DNA of 64,000 bases from Candidatus Eiseniibacteriota bacterium (GCA_963792585.1 CAWBWI010000001.1:1440001-1504000); one strand, 5' to 3'. Numbered from the stretch's first letter, positions 51,150 to 61,091 are shown. Numbers and translations are program-made. The notes: generated from the letters alone by a model not told the origin.

Positions 51150-51181
51150 CGACCCCGCCGAATGCGGATCCGGCGGGGTCG
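51150..51181. terminator. Hairpin between pal and cpoB
   Basis: CGACCCCGCCG-N10-CGGCGGGGTCG. Confidence 0.5.
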
Positions 51182-51209
51182 CACATCGGAACATCGGGAG
51201 TCGACTGCG

Positions 51210-51734
51210 TCACTTCTGGATCACGAAGTGGACGCGGCGGTTCTGAGCCATCGCACCCTCGTCGGTTCCCTGTGAGAACGGCCGCTCCTCGCCATAGCTG
51301 ATGGTGTTGAGTCGGCCCGCATCGACTCCGAACTGGACCAGATAGGATTTCACGCTCTGCGCGCGACGATCGCCGAGCGCGAGGTTGTACTCGACAGTGC
51401 CGCGCTCATCACAGTGCCCCTCGAGCAGAACGCGCGAGCCCGCGTTCTTCGACAGAATCTGGGCGTTGCGCTCCAGGACGCTCCGAGCGTCGTCACGGAG
51501 GTTCGCCTTGTCATAGTCGAAGAAGACGTCCTCGACCATCATTTCGGCTTGCGGTTCCACGGAAGGCGTCGACGGCTCCGTCGACTGCGGTGTCGCGGGC
51601 GTTTGGGTCGCCGGGGTCTTGGTGATATCGGTCGTCGCCTTCGGCTTCTTCGAGCAACCCGTGCACACGAGCACGCCGATCGCGGCGAGGATGACAAACA
51701 CCATGAAGTTCGTCCGCATCGTCTGACTTGGCAT
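51210..51734 (-). CDS. pal: Peptidoglycan-associated lipoprotein Pal
   Basis: Lipobox CTGC; FFDYDK, EGHCDERGTVEYNLALGDRRA, SYGEERP, NRR. Confidence 0.95.
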   Translation of the reverse strand: MPSQTMRTNFMVFVILAAIGVLVCTGCSKKPKATTDITKTPATQTPATPQSTEPSTPSVEPQAEMMVEDVFFDYDKANLRDDARSVLERNAQILSKNAGSRVLLEGHCDERGTVEYNLALGDRRAQSVKSYLVQFGVDAGRLNTISYGEERPFSQGTDEGAMAQNRRVHFVIQK

Positions 51735-51760
51735 CGGCTTGCCCCTTTCAACTATTGTGG

Positions 51761-53071
51761 TCATTTGGATTCACTCCCTGAAATCCCCCATGGAGGGGAC
51801 CATGCCGGATTGTATTGAGCGCCGTTTCCGCCCGTCAAGGCGCGTTTGCCCGAACCGTCGCTCGCCATGATGAAGATACGACGCACGCCGCCCTGCTTCT
51901 GCGCGAACGCGATGTGGCGGCCGTCCGGAGCCCATCGCGGATTTTCGTGCATCGAGTCCCCCGGGGTGAGGCGTCGCACGTCGCTGCCGTCGGGACGCAT
52001 CGTGCAAAGATCGAAGACATTGTCGATCAGGGAGACATATGCGATCCGGTCCCCCTTCGGCGACCAATCGGCGCTGTCGTTCTGCTTGCCCGTGAACGAA
52101 AGCCTGCGCGTATTGCCGCCGTCGGCGTCCATTACGTAGATCTGCGGACTCCCCGCCCGGTCGCTCGTGAATGCGATCTGGCGCCCGTCCGGGCTGTAGG
52201 TCGGAGACGTATCGATTGCGGGGTTGTAGGTCAGACGCGTGAGATTGCCGCCGCCAGCATCGGCAACGTAGATCTCCGCGTTTCCATCCACGCTGCGCGT
52301 GAAGGCCACCCGGCGCCCATCGGGGGACCAGGCCGGTGAGGCGTTCATCCCGTCCTTCGGCGAGACGGTCCAGTAGCGGCCGTCCCGCAGCGAGAGCCCG
52401 ACCACCGTGCGCTGATTCGAAGCGAAGCTCGTGAAGGCGATCCGGTCCGCCGCCGGCGCCCACGACGGCGACAGGACGATCGTGCCCAAACGGGTCAACG
52501 GTCTCTCGTTCATCCCGTCGCAGTCGATCAGATGGATCTCCCGCGTCGCGCCATTGTCCCGAACGAAGGCGATCCTCGTTTGGGCGACCCCCTTCTCGCC
52601 GGTCAGATAGAGGACGATGTCGTCCGCGAACGCGTGCACCGCCCAACGATCCGGTGGATCCCCCAGCGGGTAATCGTTCTGGAAGATCCGGTTTCCGGAA
52701 GTCGCATCGCGAAGAAACCCGGTGAGCACCGGTCGTCCCCATGACGTACGGATCGCCCCGCCGGCGATCGCCCGCGTCCCGGCCGGAGCCCCCGGCCCGG
52801 GAGAGCCGCCGCCCGCGGCCGCGCCGTGGGTGATCGTGAAGAAGTCTGCATACTCGAGGTCTCGAACGAGGACGATCTCGGGACTCTCCGCCGCGCCGAA
52901 ACGAACCGGCGCGCGCCCACCGTCGTACGAGAAGTCCTCGACGTGGATCGGGATCTTGAAGAGCGCTCCGCTCTTGATCTCCATCTCGAATTCGCTCTGG
53001 GCCCCGGCGCCGGCGGCGGTGAGCAGCAGGAGGGCGAAGGAGAATGCGACCGAACGGGTCCGTTGCCTCAC
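51761..53071 (-). CDS. tolB: Tol-Pal system beta-propeller TolB
   Basis: TRIAFV plus repeated PxWSPDGxxIAF; position between tolA-like gene and pal. Confidence 0.9.
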   Translation of the reverse strand: MRQRTRSVAFSFALLLLTAAGAGAQSEFEMEIKSGALFKIPIHVEDFSYDGGRAPVRFGAAESPEIVLVRDLEYADFFTITHGAAAGGGSPGPGAPAGTRAIAGGAIRTSWGRPVLTGFLRDATSGNRIFQNDYPLGDPPDRWAVHAFADDIVLYLTGEKGVAQTRIAFVRDNGATREIHLIDCDGMNERPLTRLGTIVLSPSWAPAADRIAFTSFASNQRTVVGLSLRDGRYWTVSPKDGMNASPAWSPDGRRVAFTRSVDGNAEIYVADAGGGNLTRLTYNPAIDTSPTYSPDGRQIAFTSDRAGSPQIYVMDADGGNTRRLSFTGKQNDSADWSPKGDRIAYVSLIDNVFDLCTMRPDGSDVRRLTPGDSMHENPRWAPDGRHIAFAQKQGGVRRIFIMASDGSGKRALTGGNGAQYNPAWSPPWGISGSESK

Positions 53072-53081
53072 GTGGGGGCTC

Positions 53082-53825
53082 CTATTCCTTGTAGACGAAC
53101 CGGAGGTGGATGCCGAGCCAATCCCCCATGTAGTCCTGCGGGAGCGGCGGGAGCGGATCGGCCAGCGCGATCGCGCGCAGGCCCGCCTGATCGAAGACGC
53201 CCGTGCCGGAAGGCTCCTCGACATAGCTCGACGTGACCTTTCCCTTGCGGTCGATCCGGAAGTTCACCATGGCGGCGACCTCCTTCCCCGATGCCACCAT
53301 CCCCGCGGGCGGGTCCCAGTTGTTGGCGACCTTGTCCCGGACCGTCATCAGATAGTAGGCATAGGGACCCAAGGGCCCGTCGACCGTCATCTCGAGACTG
53401 CCGCGTGCACCGCCCCCGAGCGCGACGTCGCCTCGTACCGATTCGGTCGTGTCTCCCTTCGCGGTCTCCCGGGCGAGTTTCGGCGGCTGTTCGACCGGCT
53501 TCTTCACCGGAATCGGGGTCGCCGCCTTGGTCGAAGGGGTCTTAGCCGGCTTCGGCGCGGCCTTCGCCGCCGGCTTCTCGGGTTTGGGGGCCGCAGGGGT
53601 CGATGCGCGCGCGCCGGCCCCCGATCGGATGGATCGAGGCTGCGCGATGCTCACGATGTGGACCGGGATCTCCACCGTCCTGCGGGGAGGACGGTGGTTC
53701 CCATTCGTTCGGATGCCGAGGGCGATCGCCGCAAGCAGGTGCACGGCCATCGCGAAGATCGCGGCGCGCCTGAGGAGCCTCGCGGAGAGGCGCTGGTGCT
53801 CGCGCCAGCGATCCGCGGTCCCCAT
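53082..53825 (-). CDS. TolA/TonB-family energy transducer
   Basis: TM helix with His (AVHLL), Pro/Lys/Ala linker, TonB_C-like SGTGVFDQAGLRAI...PLPPLP. Confidence 0.82.
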   Translation of the reverse strand: MGTADRWREHQRLSARLLRRAAIFAMAVHLLAAIALGIRTNGNHRPPRRTVEIPVHIVSIAQPRSIRSGAGARASTPAAPKPEKPAAKAAPKPAKTPSTKAATPIPVKKPVEQPPKLARETAKGDTTESVRGDVALGGGARGSLEMTVDGPLGPYAYYLMTVRDKVANNWDPPAGMVASGKEVAAMVNFRIDRKGKVTSSYVEEPSGTGVFDQAGLRAIALADPLPPLPQDYMGDWLGIHLRFVYKE

Positions 53826-53890
53826 GAATGGGGGCGGCCACGATCCACTCCCTCGATACCCCAAGAGGTTCCCTCCTCCGGCCTGTTGCC

Positions 53891-55621
53891 CTACCCGCTC
53901 CCGCCGTCCCCGGTTCCCGCAACTCCACCTTCCGTGGGCGCCGCCCCGTGTCGGAGGCGGCTGAACAGCATCGCAACCTCCTGAGCGCGGACCTCTGCGA
54001 AATCCCCGCGAGGCGTGGAGGCATAGGCCAAGGGCCCATCCCTCTCGATGCGAATCGCCGCCTCGACGGCGAGGTCGGGCAACATCGCGGGCTCGCTCCG
54101 TCGTTCGATCCACTCGATGAGGATCGAAGCCAGCGTGTGCACCTGGGCCGTCGTCACCAAGGCCAGGCTGGCGCCGAGATCGCACTCGCTCCTACCGACC
54201 AGGACGGTGTTCATTCCGCCGGCGCGGACGCGCACAGAAGCCGATCGTAGCGCATGGAGGGGTATCTCGCGGCTGCCCTTCGGCCAGACGGCGGGAGGCG
54301 CGGTGGATTGCGGCCCCATCTCCGCGCGAATCGCGGCCACCTGGTTGGTGGCGTCGACGGGTCGATAGCCATCCATCAGGATGACCGAATCGGCCACCCG
54401 AAACGCCTCGCCGCTGCCCCCGACCACGAGCACCGTCGAAACGCCCATACGCTCACGCATCTCGCGCACCCGCGACAGGAGCGGCACGATCGGTTCCTGC
54501 TCCGGCCGCAGGAGGCGGGCCATCCAGGGATCGCGCAGGAGGAAGTTGGTCGCGGAGGTATCCTCGTCGATCAGCAGACAGCGGGAGCCCGCCTCGACGG
54601 CCTCGAGAATCGACGCGGCCTGCGATGTCGAACCGCTCGCATTGTTCGTGACGAACTCGCGTCCGTCCCGCCCGTCAGGCAGCGCCCCGACGAACGGCCG
54701 GAGATCGACGCCGAGAATCGCGCGCCCGTCCTCGGCGCGGACCGCCATCGCCGTCGGCTCGGTCGCGATCCTCTCGCGCCCGTCGCCGGGGATGTGTGGG
54801 TGGACCGCGACTCCGAGGGCACGGAGCAAGCTCGACTTGCCGTGGAAGCCCCCGCCGCAGAGAAGTGTGACCCCTTCGCGGATCGCGAGACCCCGCAATC
54901 GTCCCGCATGCGGCAGGACGACCTCCGCGGCGGCTCCGGCCGGGGCGACCAAGGGAACGCAGCTCTCGCCGAGCGGCAGATCCTCATCGCCCGATCTGCG
55001 CGCCGGGCGCGAACCGTCGGCCGCGAAAGCGACCCAGCCACGGGTGCGTAGGATGCGGGTCAGCGCGGCGTGATCCTCCGCGCCGGCCTGGTGACGCGCA
55101 AGGGCGGCGGCATCCCAGGAGCCGAGGAGCAGGACTTCACGGACGAGGCGTGGAAGCCCAACCGCGAGGGCCGCGGCCGCGCGCCTGCCTTCGATCCTAC
55201 GTCCTCGCCCCGGCATGTCGGCAAAGAGGAGCACCTCGACTGCATCCGGAGTGAGTCGAAGGGCGCTGCGGCGGAGGATCTGCTGGGGGGCCGGATCGAT
55301 TCGTACGATCTCCCCGGTCTCGGCATCTCCTTTCAGCCAGCGTTCCACCCCTCGCGCAAGGAAATCCCCGGCTGCCATGAGGCCAGGGCCGGACATCCCT
55401 TGAAGGTCGATCCCCACGGCAGCCGGGGGGATTCGGACCCGCAACCGGGACGCAGGAGCAAATGGGTCCGGCTGGATATGGAGGATGTCGAGCGAGAAGA
55501 GCCCCAGCGGATGGGTTCCCCGCAAAGTCCGATAGGCCGGATACGGGGCCCCATCGAGGGATCGCAAGCGGTCGAACAGCCCGTGTTCCCCCGCGCCGTC
55601 CCCTGCGCGCGCCCTCACCAT
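53891..55621 (-). CDS. ABC-class ATPase domain protein (COG3044-like)
   Basis: HIQPDPFAPAS, GGGFHGKS, ASGSTSQAA, LLIDEDTSATNF. Confidence 0.85.
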   Translation of the reverse strand: MVRARAGDGAGEHGLFDRLRSLDGAPYPAYRTLRGTHPLGLFSLDILHIQPDPFAPASRLRVRIPPAAVGIDLQGMSGPGLMAAGDFLARGVERWLKGDAETGEIVRIDPAPQQILRRSALRLTPDAVEVLLFADMPGRGRRIEGRRAAAALAVGLPRLVREVLLLGSWDAAALARHQAGAEDHAALTRILRTRGWVAFAADGSRPARRSGDEDLPLGESCVPLVAPAGAAAEVVLPHAGRLRGLAIREGVTLLCGGGFHGKSSLLRALGVAVHPHIPGDGRERIATEPTAMAVRAEDGRAILGVDLRPFVGALPDGRDGREFVTNNASGSTSQAASILEAVEAGSRCLLIDEDTSATNFLLRDPWMARLLRPEQEPIVPLLSRVREMRERMGVSTVLVVGGSGEAFRVADSVILMDGYRPVDATNQVAAIRAEMGPQSTAPPAVWPKGSREIPLHALRSASVRVRAGGMNTVLVGRSECDLGASLALVTTAQVHTLASILIEWIERRSEPAMLPDLAVEAAIRIERDGPLAYASTPRGDFAEVRAQEVAMLFSRLRHGAAPTEGGVAGTGDGGSG

Positions 55622-55825
55622 GCTCGTCGGTATCCTCCTGCCCTCGGTGTTGCATTCTGCGTCACCGGACGGCCCCTGTCCAAGCGGTTCCCGCCGGGAG
55701 TGACGGGGCCCAGCCTGGTCTGGGAGGAACAAATGCAGTATACTTGCTTGTGAACTCCATGATCCGAGGCCTGGAATGGAGAACCTCCCGGGCCTTGCAG
55801 CTACCCACCCAAGAGGGAGGCAGAG

Positions 55826-58132
55826 ATGCGGTTTCGTCATACTCCGGTGGCGGGATTCTTATCAATTCTCGTCCTCGTGGCCGCAGGGAGCGCGCTTGCA
55901 CTGAAGACGCCCTCGCGGGAGGCGACCAGCCCGAGACAGACTCCGCCCGAGCTTTACGAGGCCATGGAGGAAGTCGATGTCGTGGCCGACGGCACCGTGA
56001 ACCGGCAGAGCGGCGGCCTAGCCACGCTACTCAACCAGAATGCCGGCCCCTTCGAGGGGGGAGCGGAGCTGGCCGCGAGGACGTACCTCGCCAACCGCGC
56101 GGGAAGCTTCGCGCTGAGTCGGGCGGGCACCGATCTCCGCCTCGACGAGATCCGTGAAGCCCCGGGCGGTATCCACACGCGCTTCCACCAGACCGTGAAC
56201 GGAATCCCCGTCTGGCGGGCAGAGGTGACGGTCGCTCTCGACGCGGCGGGCCGATGGGTCCGCGCGGTCAACTCCTCCTACGATCCAATTCTTGCGCACG
56301 CCTCGGTTCCGGGAATCGCCTCGATTTCGGAGGCTGTCGCCCGCGAAGTCGCGGTCGCGGCCGTCGGCATCGCGGCCGACGCGCGGTGGATCGATCAACC
56401 CCAAGCCGAACTGTGGGTGCTTCGCAGCGCCGATCGGATCGGCTCCCCGGCCCGCCTTGCGTGGCGCGAGGTGCTCGTGGTCGAGCGACCGATGGGTTCC
56501 TGGGAGGTCTTCGTGGATGCGGTGGACGGAAACGTCTTGCGCCTCCGCGACCAAGCCGCCTACATCGATGGCAGCGGTTTCGCCTACGACCCCGATCCTC
56601 TCACCACCGCGCAGGTCGCCTACGGCGGCAACTACTCGGACCCGAGCGGGAACGACGCGGACACCGCCGAGCTCAACGCCCAGCGCTTTGTCCGTCCCCT
56701 GAGGGACATCACGCTCATCGGCGGTCTTTACAACTTGCGGGGCCCCTGGGTCTACCTGGAGGACTTCGAGTCGCCGACGAGCGCGCCGGTCACCAATGCG
56801 GACCCGAACGGATTCATGTACACGCGCAACGCGCAAGGCTTCGAGGACGTCAACGCCTACTTCCACATCGACCAGAGTCAGCGCTACATGCAGGCGCTCG
56901 GCTTCAACACGATCCAGCATGCCCCGATTCACGTCGACCCGCACGGACTCTCGGGCCAGGACAACAGCCACTATCTGCCCGGCGCAAACAAGATCGCCTG
57001 GGGAGAAGGCGGCGTGGACGATGCCGAGGATGCCGACGTCCTGCTCCATGAGTATGGCCATGCCATCCAGAGCAGCATCGTGCCCGGCTGGGGCGGAAAC
57101 ACCCAGGAGCGGTCGATGGGCGAAGGGTTCGGCGACTACTGGGCCTGCAGTTACTCGGCGAGCATCTCGTCCTTCAACGACTACTGGGTCTTCAACTGGG
57201 ACGGCCACAACCCGTTCTGGTCGGGACGTGTGGTGAACTCGACTCAGGGCTACAACAACCTGAACAGTGACATCTACCACGACGGAACGATCTGGGCTTC
57301 GTGCTGGTGGCTGATCCGCGGCGAGATGGGAAGGACGGTCTCGGACACGGACATCCTGAAGATGCATTTCTACATGAACACGTCCAACACGATGCAGCAG
57401 GCGGCGGCGTTCGCGATGCAGGCGGACAAGGATCTATACGGCGGGCTGCACGCCGGGACCCTCGACTACTACTTCACCCTCCGTAATTTCTTCACGGCAA
57501 CACAGTTCGATGTGCCGGTGCTCACGCACACCGCGCTTGGCGACCAGACCACCGGCGGCCCCTACCCGCTCACGGTCACCGTCGCATCGACCAGCGCGAT
57601 CGTCGCCAACAGCGTCAAGGTCAAGTTCGGCACGGGCGGCGCTTTCGACCAGGAAGTCGTGCTCGCCCCGACGGGAAACGCGAACGAGTGGGGGGGGGCG
57701 ATTCCGGGGCAGGGCGGCAACGTAGATGTCCGCTACTACATTCAGGCGGACAACGCCGCCACATGGCGCGGCGCGACGCCGCGCGGGGCCGAGTTCCGTT
57801 ACAACCAGTTCCACGTTGGGCCCCTCGCACAGGTCGAGGAGCTGGGAGGCATCCGGTCGCTGGCCCTCCTCGCCAACGAGCCGAATCCATTCAACCCGAT
57901 GACGAAGGTCCGATTCGATCTGCCCGCGAGCGGTCCCGTCCGCCTCTCGGTGATCGATCTGCAGGGCCGAGCCACCCGTTCGCTCGCGGACGGAAACCTC
58001 GTCGCGGGCCGGCACGCGTATGTCTGGGATGGACGTGACGATGCCGGTCGCGCGATGCCGTCGGGGCTCTACTTCATCCGTCTCGAGGCGCAGGGCAGAT
58101 CGCTCTCACGCAAGATCCTGATGACGAAGTAG
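55826..58132 (+). CDS. Secreted M36/M4-like zinc metallopeptidase with propeptide and FlgD-Ig/T9SS-like C-terminal domain
   Basis: Signal peptide, FTP/PepSY-like propeptide, HEYGH, MGEGFGDY; C-terminal PNPFNP...WDGRDDAGRAMPSGLYF. Confidence 0.88.
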   Translation: MRFRHTPVAGFLSILVLVAAGSALALKTPSREATSPRQTPPELYEAMEEVDVVADGTVNRQSGGLATLLNQNAGPFEGGAELAARTYLANRAGSFALSRAGTDLRLDEIREAPGGIHTRFHQTVNGIPVWRAEVTVALDAAGRWVRAVNSSYDPILAHASVPGIASISEAVAREVAVAAVGIAADARWIDQPQAELWVLRSADRIGSPARLAWREVLVVERPMGSWEVFVDAVDGNVLRLRDQAAYIDGSGFAYDPDPLTTAQVAYGGNYSDPSGNDADTAELNAQRFVRPLRDITLIGGLYNLRGPWVYLEDFESPTSAPVTNADPNGFMYTRNAQGFEDVNAYFHIDQSQRYMQALGFNTIQHAPIHVDPHGLSGQDNSHYLPGANKIAWGEGGVDDAEDADVLLHEYGHAIQSSIVPGWGGNTQERSMGEGFGDYWACSYSASISSFNDYWVFNWDGHNPFWSGRVVNSTQGYNNLNSDIYHDGTIWASCWWLIRGEMGRTVSDTDILKMHFYMNTSNTMQQAAAFAMQADKDLYGGLHAGTLDYYFTLRNFFTATQFDVPVLTHTALGDQTTGGPYPLTVTVASTSAIVANSVKVKFGTGGAFDQEVVLAPTGNANEWGGAIPGQGGNVDVRYYIQADNAATWRGATPRGAEFRYNQFHVGPLAQVEELGGIRSLALLANEPNPFNPMTKVRFDLPASGPVRLSVIDLQGRATRSLADGNLVAGRHAYVWDGRDDAGRAMPSGLYFIRLEAQGRSLSRKILMTK

Positions 58133-58157
58133 AGAGACGCCACTACGGTTCAGCAGT

Positions 58158-58190
58158 GAAGCGCGCTCGGGCGACTCCCGGGCGCGCTTC
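58158..58190. terminator. Hairpin between convergent genes
   Basis: GAAGCGCGCTCGGG...CCCGGGCGCGCTTC. Confidence 0.65.
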
Positions 58191-58273
58191 GTCATTTCAG
58201 GACCGCTGTGGCTGGAACGATCGACGCGCCGTAAGCGCCCCGCGTCCCCGCGCGGGCGGGACTCTATCCCAGG

Positions 58274-58768
58274 TTATCGAAACAGCATCCTGAGACGACC
58301 CCACGATGGGAGCGAAACCACGGGCTCCCCCTCCGGAGCGGATGCCGGATCGAGTATCTCGAATCGGTCCTGGACCATGAAGACGGGAGGGGCATCGTTG
58401 AAGACGAACCAGATGCGCATGATGTACTCCCCCGGTGGCACGAGACCAAAGTCGCAGTCCATCTGGTCCCAGGAGAGGCGCACATACGAATGCGCGCCGA
58501 GGTGGAACTCCCATGGGAGTCCGGCCTGACAGACCATCTCATTGGTGCCAGCATCGATGATCTCGTAGGGCGGGTGGTTGCCCGCCACGACCGTGGAATC
58601 CGTGTCGTTCGTCCAGATCGCGAAAACCGAGTCGGCCGGCGCGTAGAAGTCAGCGGAACACTCCAGGGTCACGTTGAAGCCAGGACTCCCATCCATTGCT
58701 CCCACGGGAGCAGGAACGGATATCAGGAGAGCCGACGCGAGAACGAGCGATCCAATTGCGCTCTTCAT
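58274..58768 (-). CDS. Secreted Ig-like protein with C-terminal SWGRLRMLFR tail
   Basis: Signal peptide MKSAIGSLVLASALLISVPAPVGA; WDQ...VPPGEY; GGAGG RBS. Confidence 0.72.
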   Translation of the reverse strand: MKSAIGSLVLASALLISVPAPVGAMDGSPGFNVTLECSADFYAPADSVFAIWTNDTDSTVVAGNHPPYEIIDAGTNEMVCQAGLPWEFHLGAHSYVRLSWDQMDCDFGLVPPGEYIMRIWFVFNDAPPVFMVQDRFEILDPASAPEGEPVVSLPSWGRLRMLFR

Positions 58769-58852
58769 TGTCCTTCCTCCATTCCAAGGCAACCGGCCGG
58801 CCACCGACTGCAGCCTCCTGCACATCCCCTGCAGGCGAGCTCGCCCGAGCAT

Positions 58853-59596
58853 CTATCGATACAGTCCCCGAATCGAACCCCAGGTCGACGGCCGCACCGG
58901 CACGGTTCCACAATAGCCTCCGAGCTCCAGCGATGCGTCATTGGTGGGGACACCCGTAACCTCCGTGAGTGTGGTCCACTCCGGGAAGCTGAAGTACTCG
59001 CTGCGGAAATAGGACTCGCAGCCTTGCGTATCGACGGCCTCCATGCGTCCCCATTGCCCTGGGAAGGGGTGGTCCGCCGCCTGGACGGTGAGCCAGTATC
59101 GAACCCCTCCATCCAAGGAGATCTCGATCGGTTGGTCATAGCGGAAGTCCGTCTCGTAATCGTTGGGATCCCCGCCGAGGTCGGTTTGGTTCGGGATCAG
59201 ATCGAGGTAGACCGCGATCGGTTCTCCCACGGGCACACACACATCGGGGCTTGGATCCTCCGCGTAGAAGATGAGATTGAACACGGTGGAGATCGGATCG
59301 CCCGGGATCCATCCATACTGGCCTCCCCACCAGGTGATCGAGGTGATCACCACACCGCCGTCGCAATCGATGACGAAATCCCCGGCAACCTCCGTGACGA
59401 GACCGAAATCGTTGATGATCTCCGAAGAGATTTTGTTCCCATCGAGCAGGCCCGGCTGGCTCCAGAGGACGTCCCGGCCGCCCTGCGCGGGCACGCCGTG
59501 GCCGCTGCCCGCGTGGAAAGCCACGGGATTCGCGGCAAGCGCCGAACCGGAAGCGATGATCAGTGTGAGGAGCAGACAAATCGAAGTGCGACGCAT
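58853..59596 (-). CDS. Secreted beta-sandwich protein with C-terminal TWGSIRGLYR tail
   Basis: Signal peptide MRRTSICLLLTLIIASGSALA; VAGDF, ITWWGG, RYWLTVQA. Confidence 0.75.
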   Translation of the reverse strand: MRRTSICLLLTLIIASGSALAANPVAFHAGSGHGVPAQGGRDVLWSQPGLLDGNKISSEIINDFGLVTEVAGDFVIDCDGGVVITSITWWGGQYGWIPGDPISTVFNLIFYAEDPSPDVCVPVGEPIAVYLDLIPNQTDLGGDPNDYETDFRYDQPIEISLDGGVRYWLTVQAADHPFPGQWGRMEAVDTQGCESYFRSEYFSFPEWTTLTEVTGVPTNDASLELGGYCGTVPVRPSTWGSIRGLYR

Positions 59597-59702
59597 CCAA
59601 CACCCCCGTGAGACTTGAGCGCATCGAGTCCGTATCGCTGTGAGCAAAGAAAGTGTACGCCGCGAGGGCTTAGGCTTCAATCGTACCGATCATGGGCGAA
59701 CG

Positions 59703-61091
59703 TCAGTCGAAGATGTTCCCCGGCGCAAGGATTCCGGCCGGGTCGAGGGTCCGCTTGACCGCCCGCATCGCGTCGACCACCCAGTCGGGGTACTGGTAGC
59801 GGACGTACTCCCGCTTGACCTTTCCGACGCCGTGCTCGGCGGTCACGGTCCCGCCACGCTCCACCGCCAGGAGGGCCATACGGTGCGTCGCGTCGCGGGC
59901 GCGATCGAGCGCCCCCGCATCCTCGGCGAGCAGGTTGAAATGCGGATGCCCGTTTCCGACATGGCCGTAGCGGATGAAGAACCCGCCGAACACGTCCTGC
60001 GCGATCTTCGTGGCGTCCTCTATGGTCCGGGGCATCGCGTCGAGGGGAACCGCCCAATCGGTGCTCAACTTGCGCCCGCCGTTCTCCCGCGCGCGCACTC
60101 CCCGCTCGTTCATCGTGGCGGGCAGGGCATGTCGGAGCGTGCGCAGCTCCGTCTGCCTCGCATCGGCGGAGGCGACGATCGTATCGTTGACGAGCGCATC
60201 GCACGATTGAAGGAACTCGTACCAGCCTTCGAGACCTTCGTCCTCCTTCCCGGGCTCGCATTCCTGCTCGAAGTAGATCGCCGCCCGGGCGGCCGCCGGA
60301 ATGTTCAAGCGCCCCGCATCGGGCCGGATGATGTCGAGCGAACCCTCATCGAACAGCTCCAGGCAACGCGGCGCGATCCGCCCCGCCCTTCGTCCCCCAT
60401 CTGCGGCGAGAACGAAGCGGAGCGCGGCATCGAGTGAAGGAAAGAATCCCATGCCGGCGAAGAAGGCGGGCGGGGCAGGGAGCAGATCCAAGGTGACCTG
60501 CGTGACGATCCCGAGGGTGCCCTCGCTGCCGACGATCAGGTCGACCGGATCCTGGAAGCCGAAGTAGCCGGTCGTGTTCTTCGTCGATGCGCTGCGCGCA
60601 ATCTCGCTCACGCGTCCGTCCCCGAAGACCACGCGCAGGGCGCGCACGTACGGGCGGGTCGGTCCGTACCGGTAGGTTCGGGCGCCGCTTGCGTTCGCCA
60701 ACACGCTGCCACCGACGGAGCACTCGTTCTCGCTCGTGGGGTCGGGCGGATAGAAGAATCCTGTGCCGATCAACGCCTTCTTGAACTCGCCCAGGTTCAC
60801 GCCCGGCTCGAGGACCGCGCGGCCGCGCCGGGCGTCGATGTCCAGAATCCGCCCCATCCGTTCGAGGTTCAGCGCGACGCCCCCGAAGGCGAGCGGCCCG
60901 CCGACGGTGCTCGACCGGAGACCCTGCGCCGTCACCGGGATCGAGTGCGCGCAGCAGTGGCGGACGATTTCGACGACCTCGGCTTCGTTTTCCGGTCGCG
61001 CGACGGCGTCGGGCATTCCGATCAGGCCCGACGCGTCCTCCGAATAGGCTCGACGAATCTCAGGGTCGGTGGTCCAGAGTCGATGATCCAC
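59703..61091 (-). CDS. FAD-binding oxidoreductase (GlcD/D-lactate dehydrogenase-like)
   Basis: YPPDPTS, GSEGTLG, YGHVGNGHPH, AEHGVGKVK, DPAGILAPG. Confidence 0.9.
   Translation of the reverse strand: MDHRLWTTDPEIRRAYSEDASGLIGMPDAVARPENEAEVVEIVRHCCAHSIPVTAQGLRSSTVGGPLAFGGVALNLERMGRILDIDARRGRAVLEPGVNLGEFKKALIGTGFFYPPDPTSENECSVGGSVLANASGARTYRYGPTRPYVRALRVVFGDGRVSEIARSASTKNTTGYFGFQDPVDLIVGSEGTLGIVTQVTLDLLPAPPAFFAGMGFFPSLDAALRFVLAADGGRRAGRIAPRCLELFDEGSLDIIRPDAGRLNIPAAARAAIYFEQECEPGKEDEGLEGWYEFLQSCDALVNDTIVASADARQTELRTLRHALPATMNERGVRARENGGRKLSTDWAVPLDAMPRTIEDATKIAQDVFGGFFIRYGHVGNGHPHFNLLAEDAGALDRARDATHRMALLAVERGGTVTAEHGVGKVKREYVRYQYPDWVVDAMRAVKRTLDPAGILAPGNIFD

Noticed and set aside
57690..57698. 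G9 tract as a phase-variation site
   Set aside because: In frame (Trp-Gly-Gly-Ala) in a GC-rich gene; no supporting evidence.
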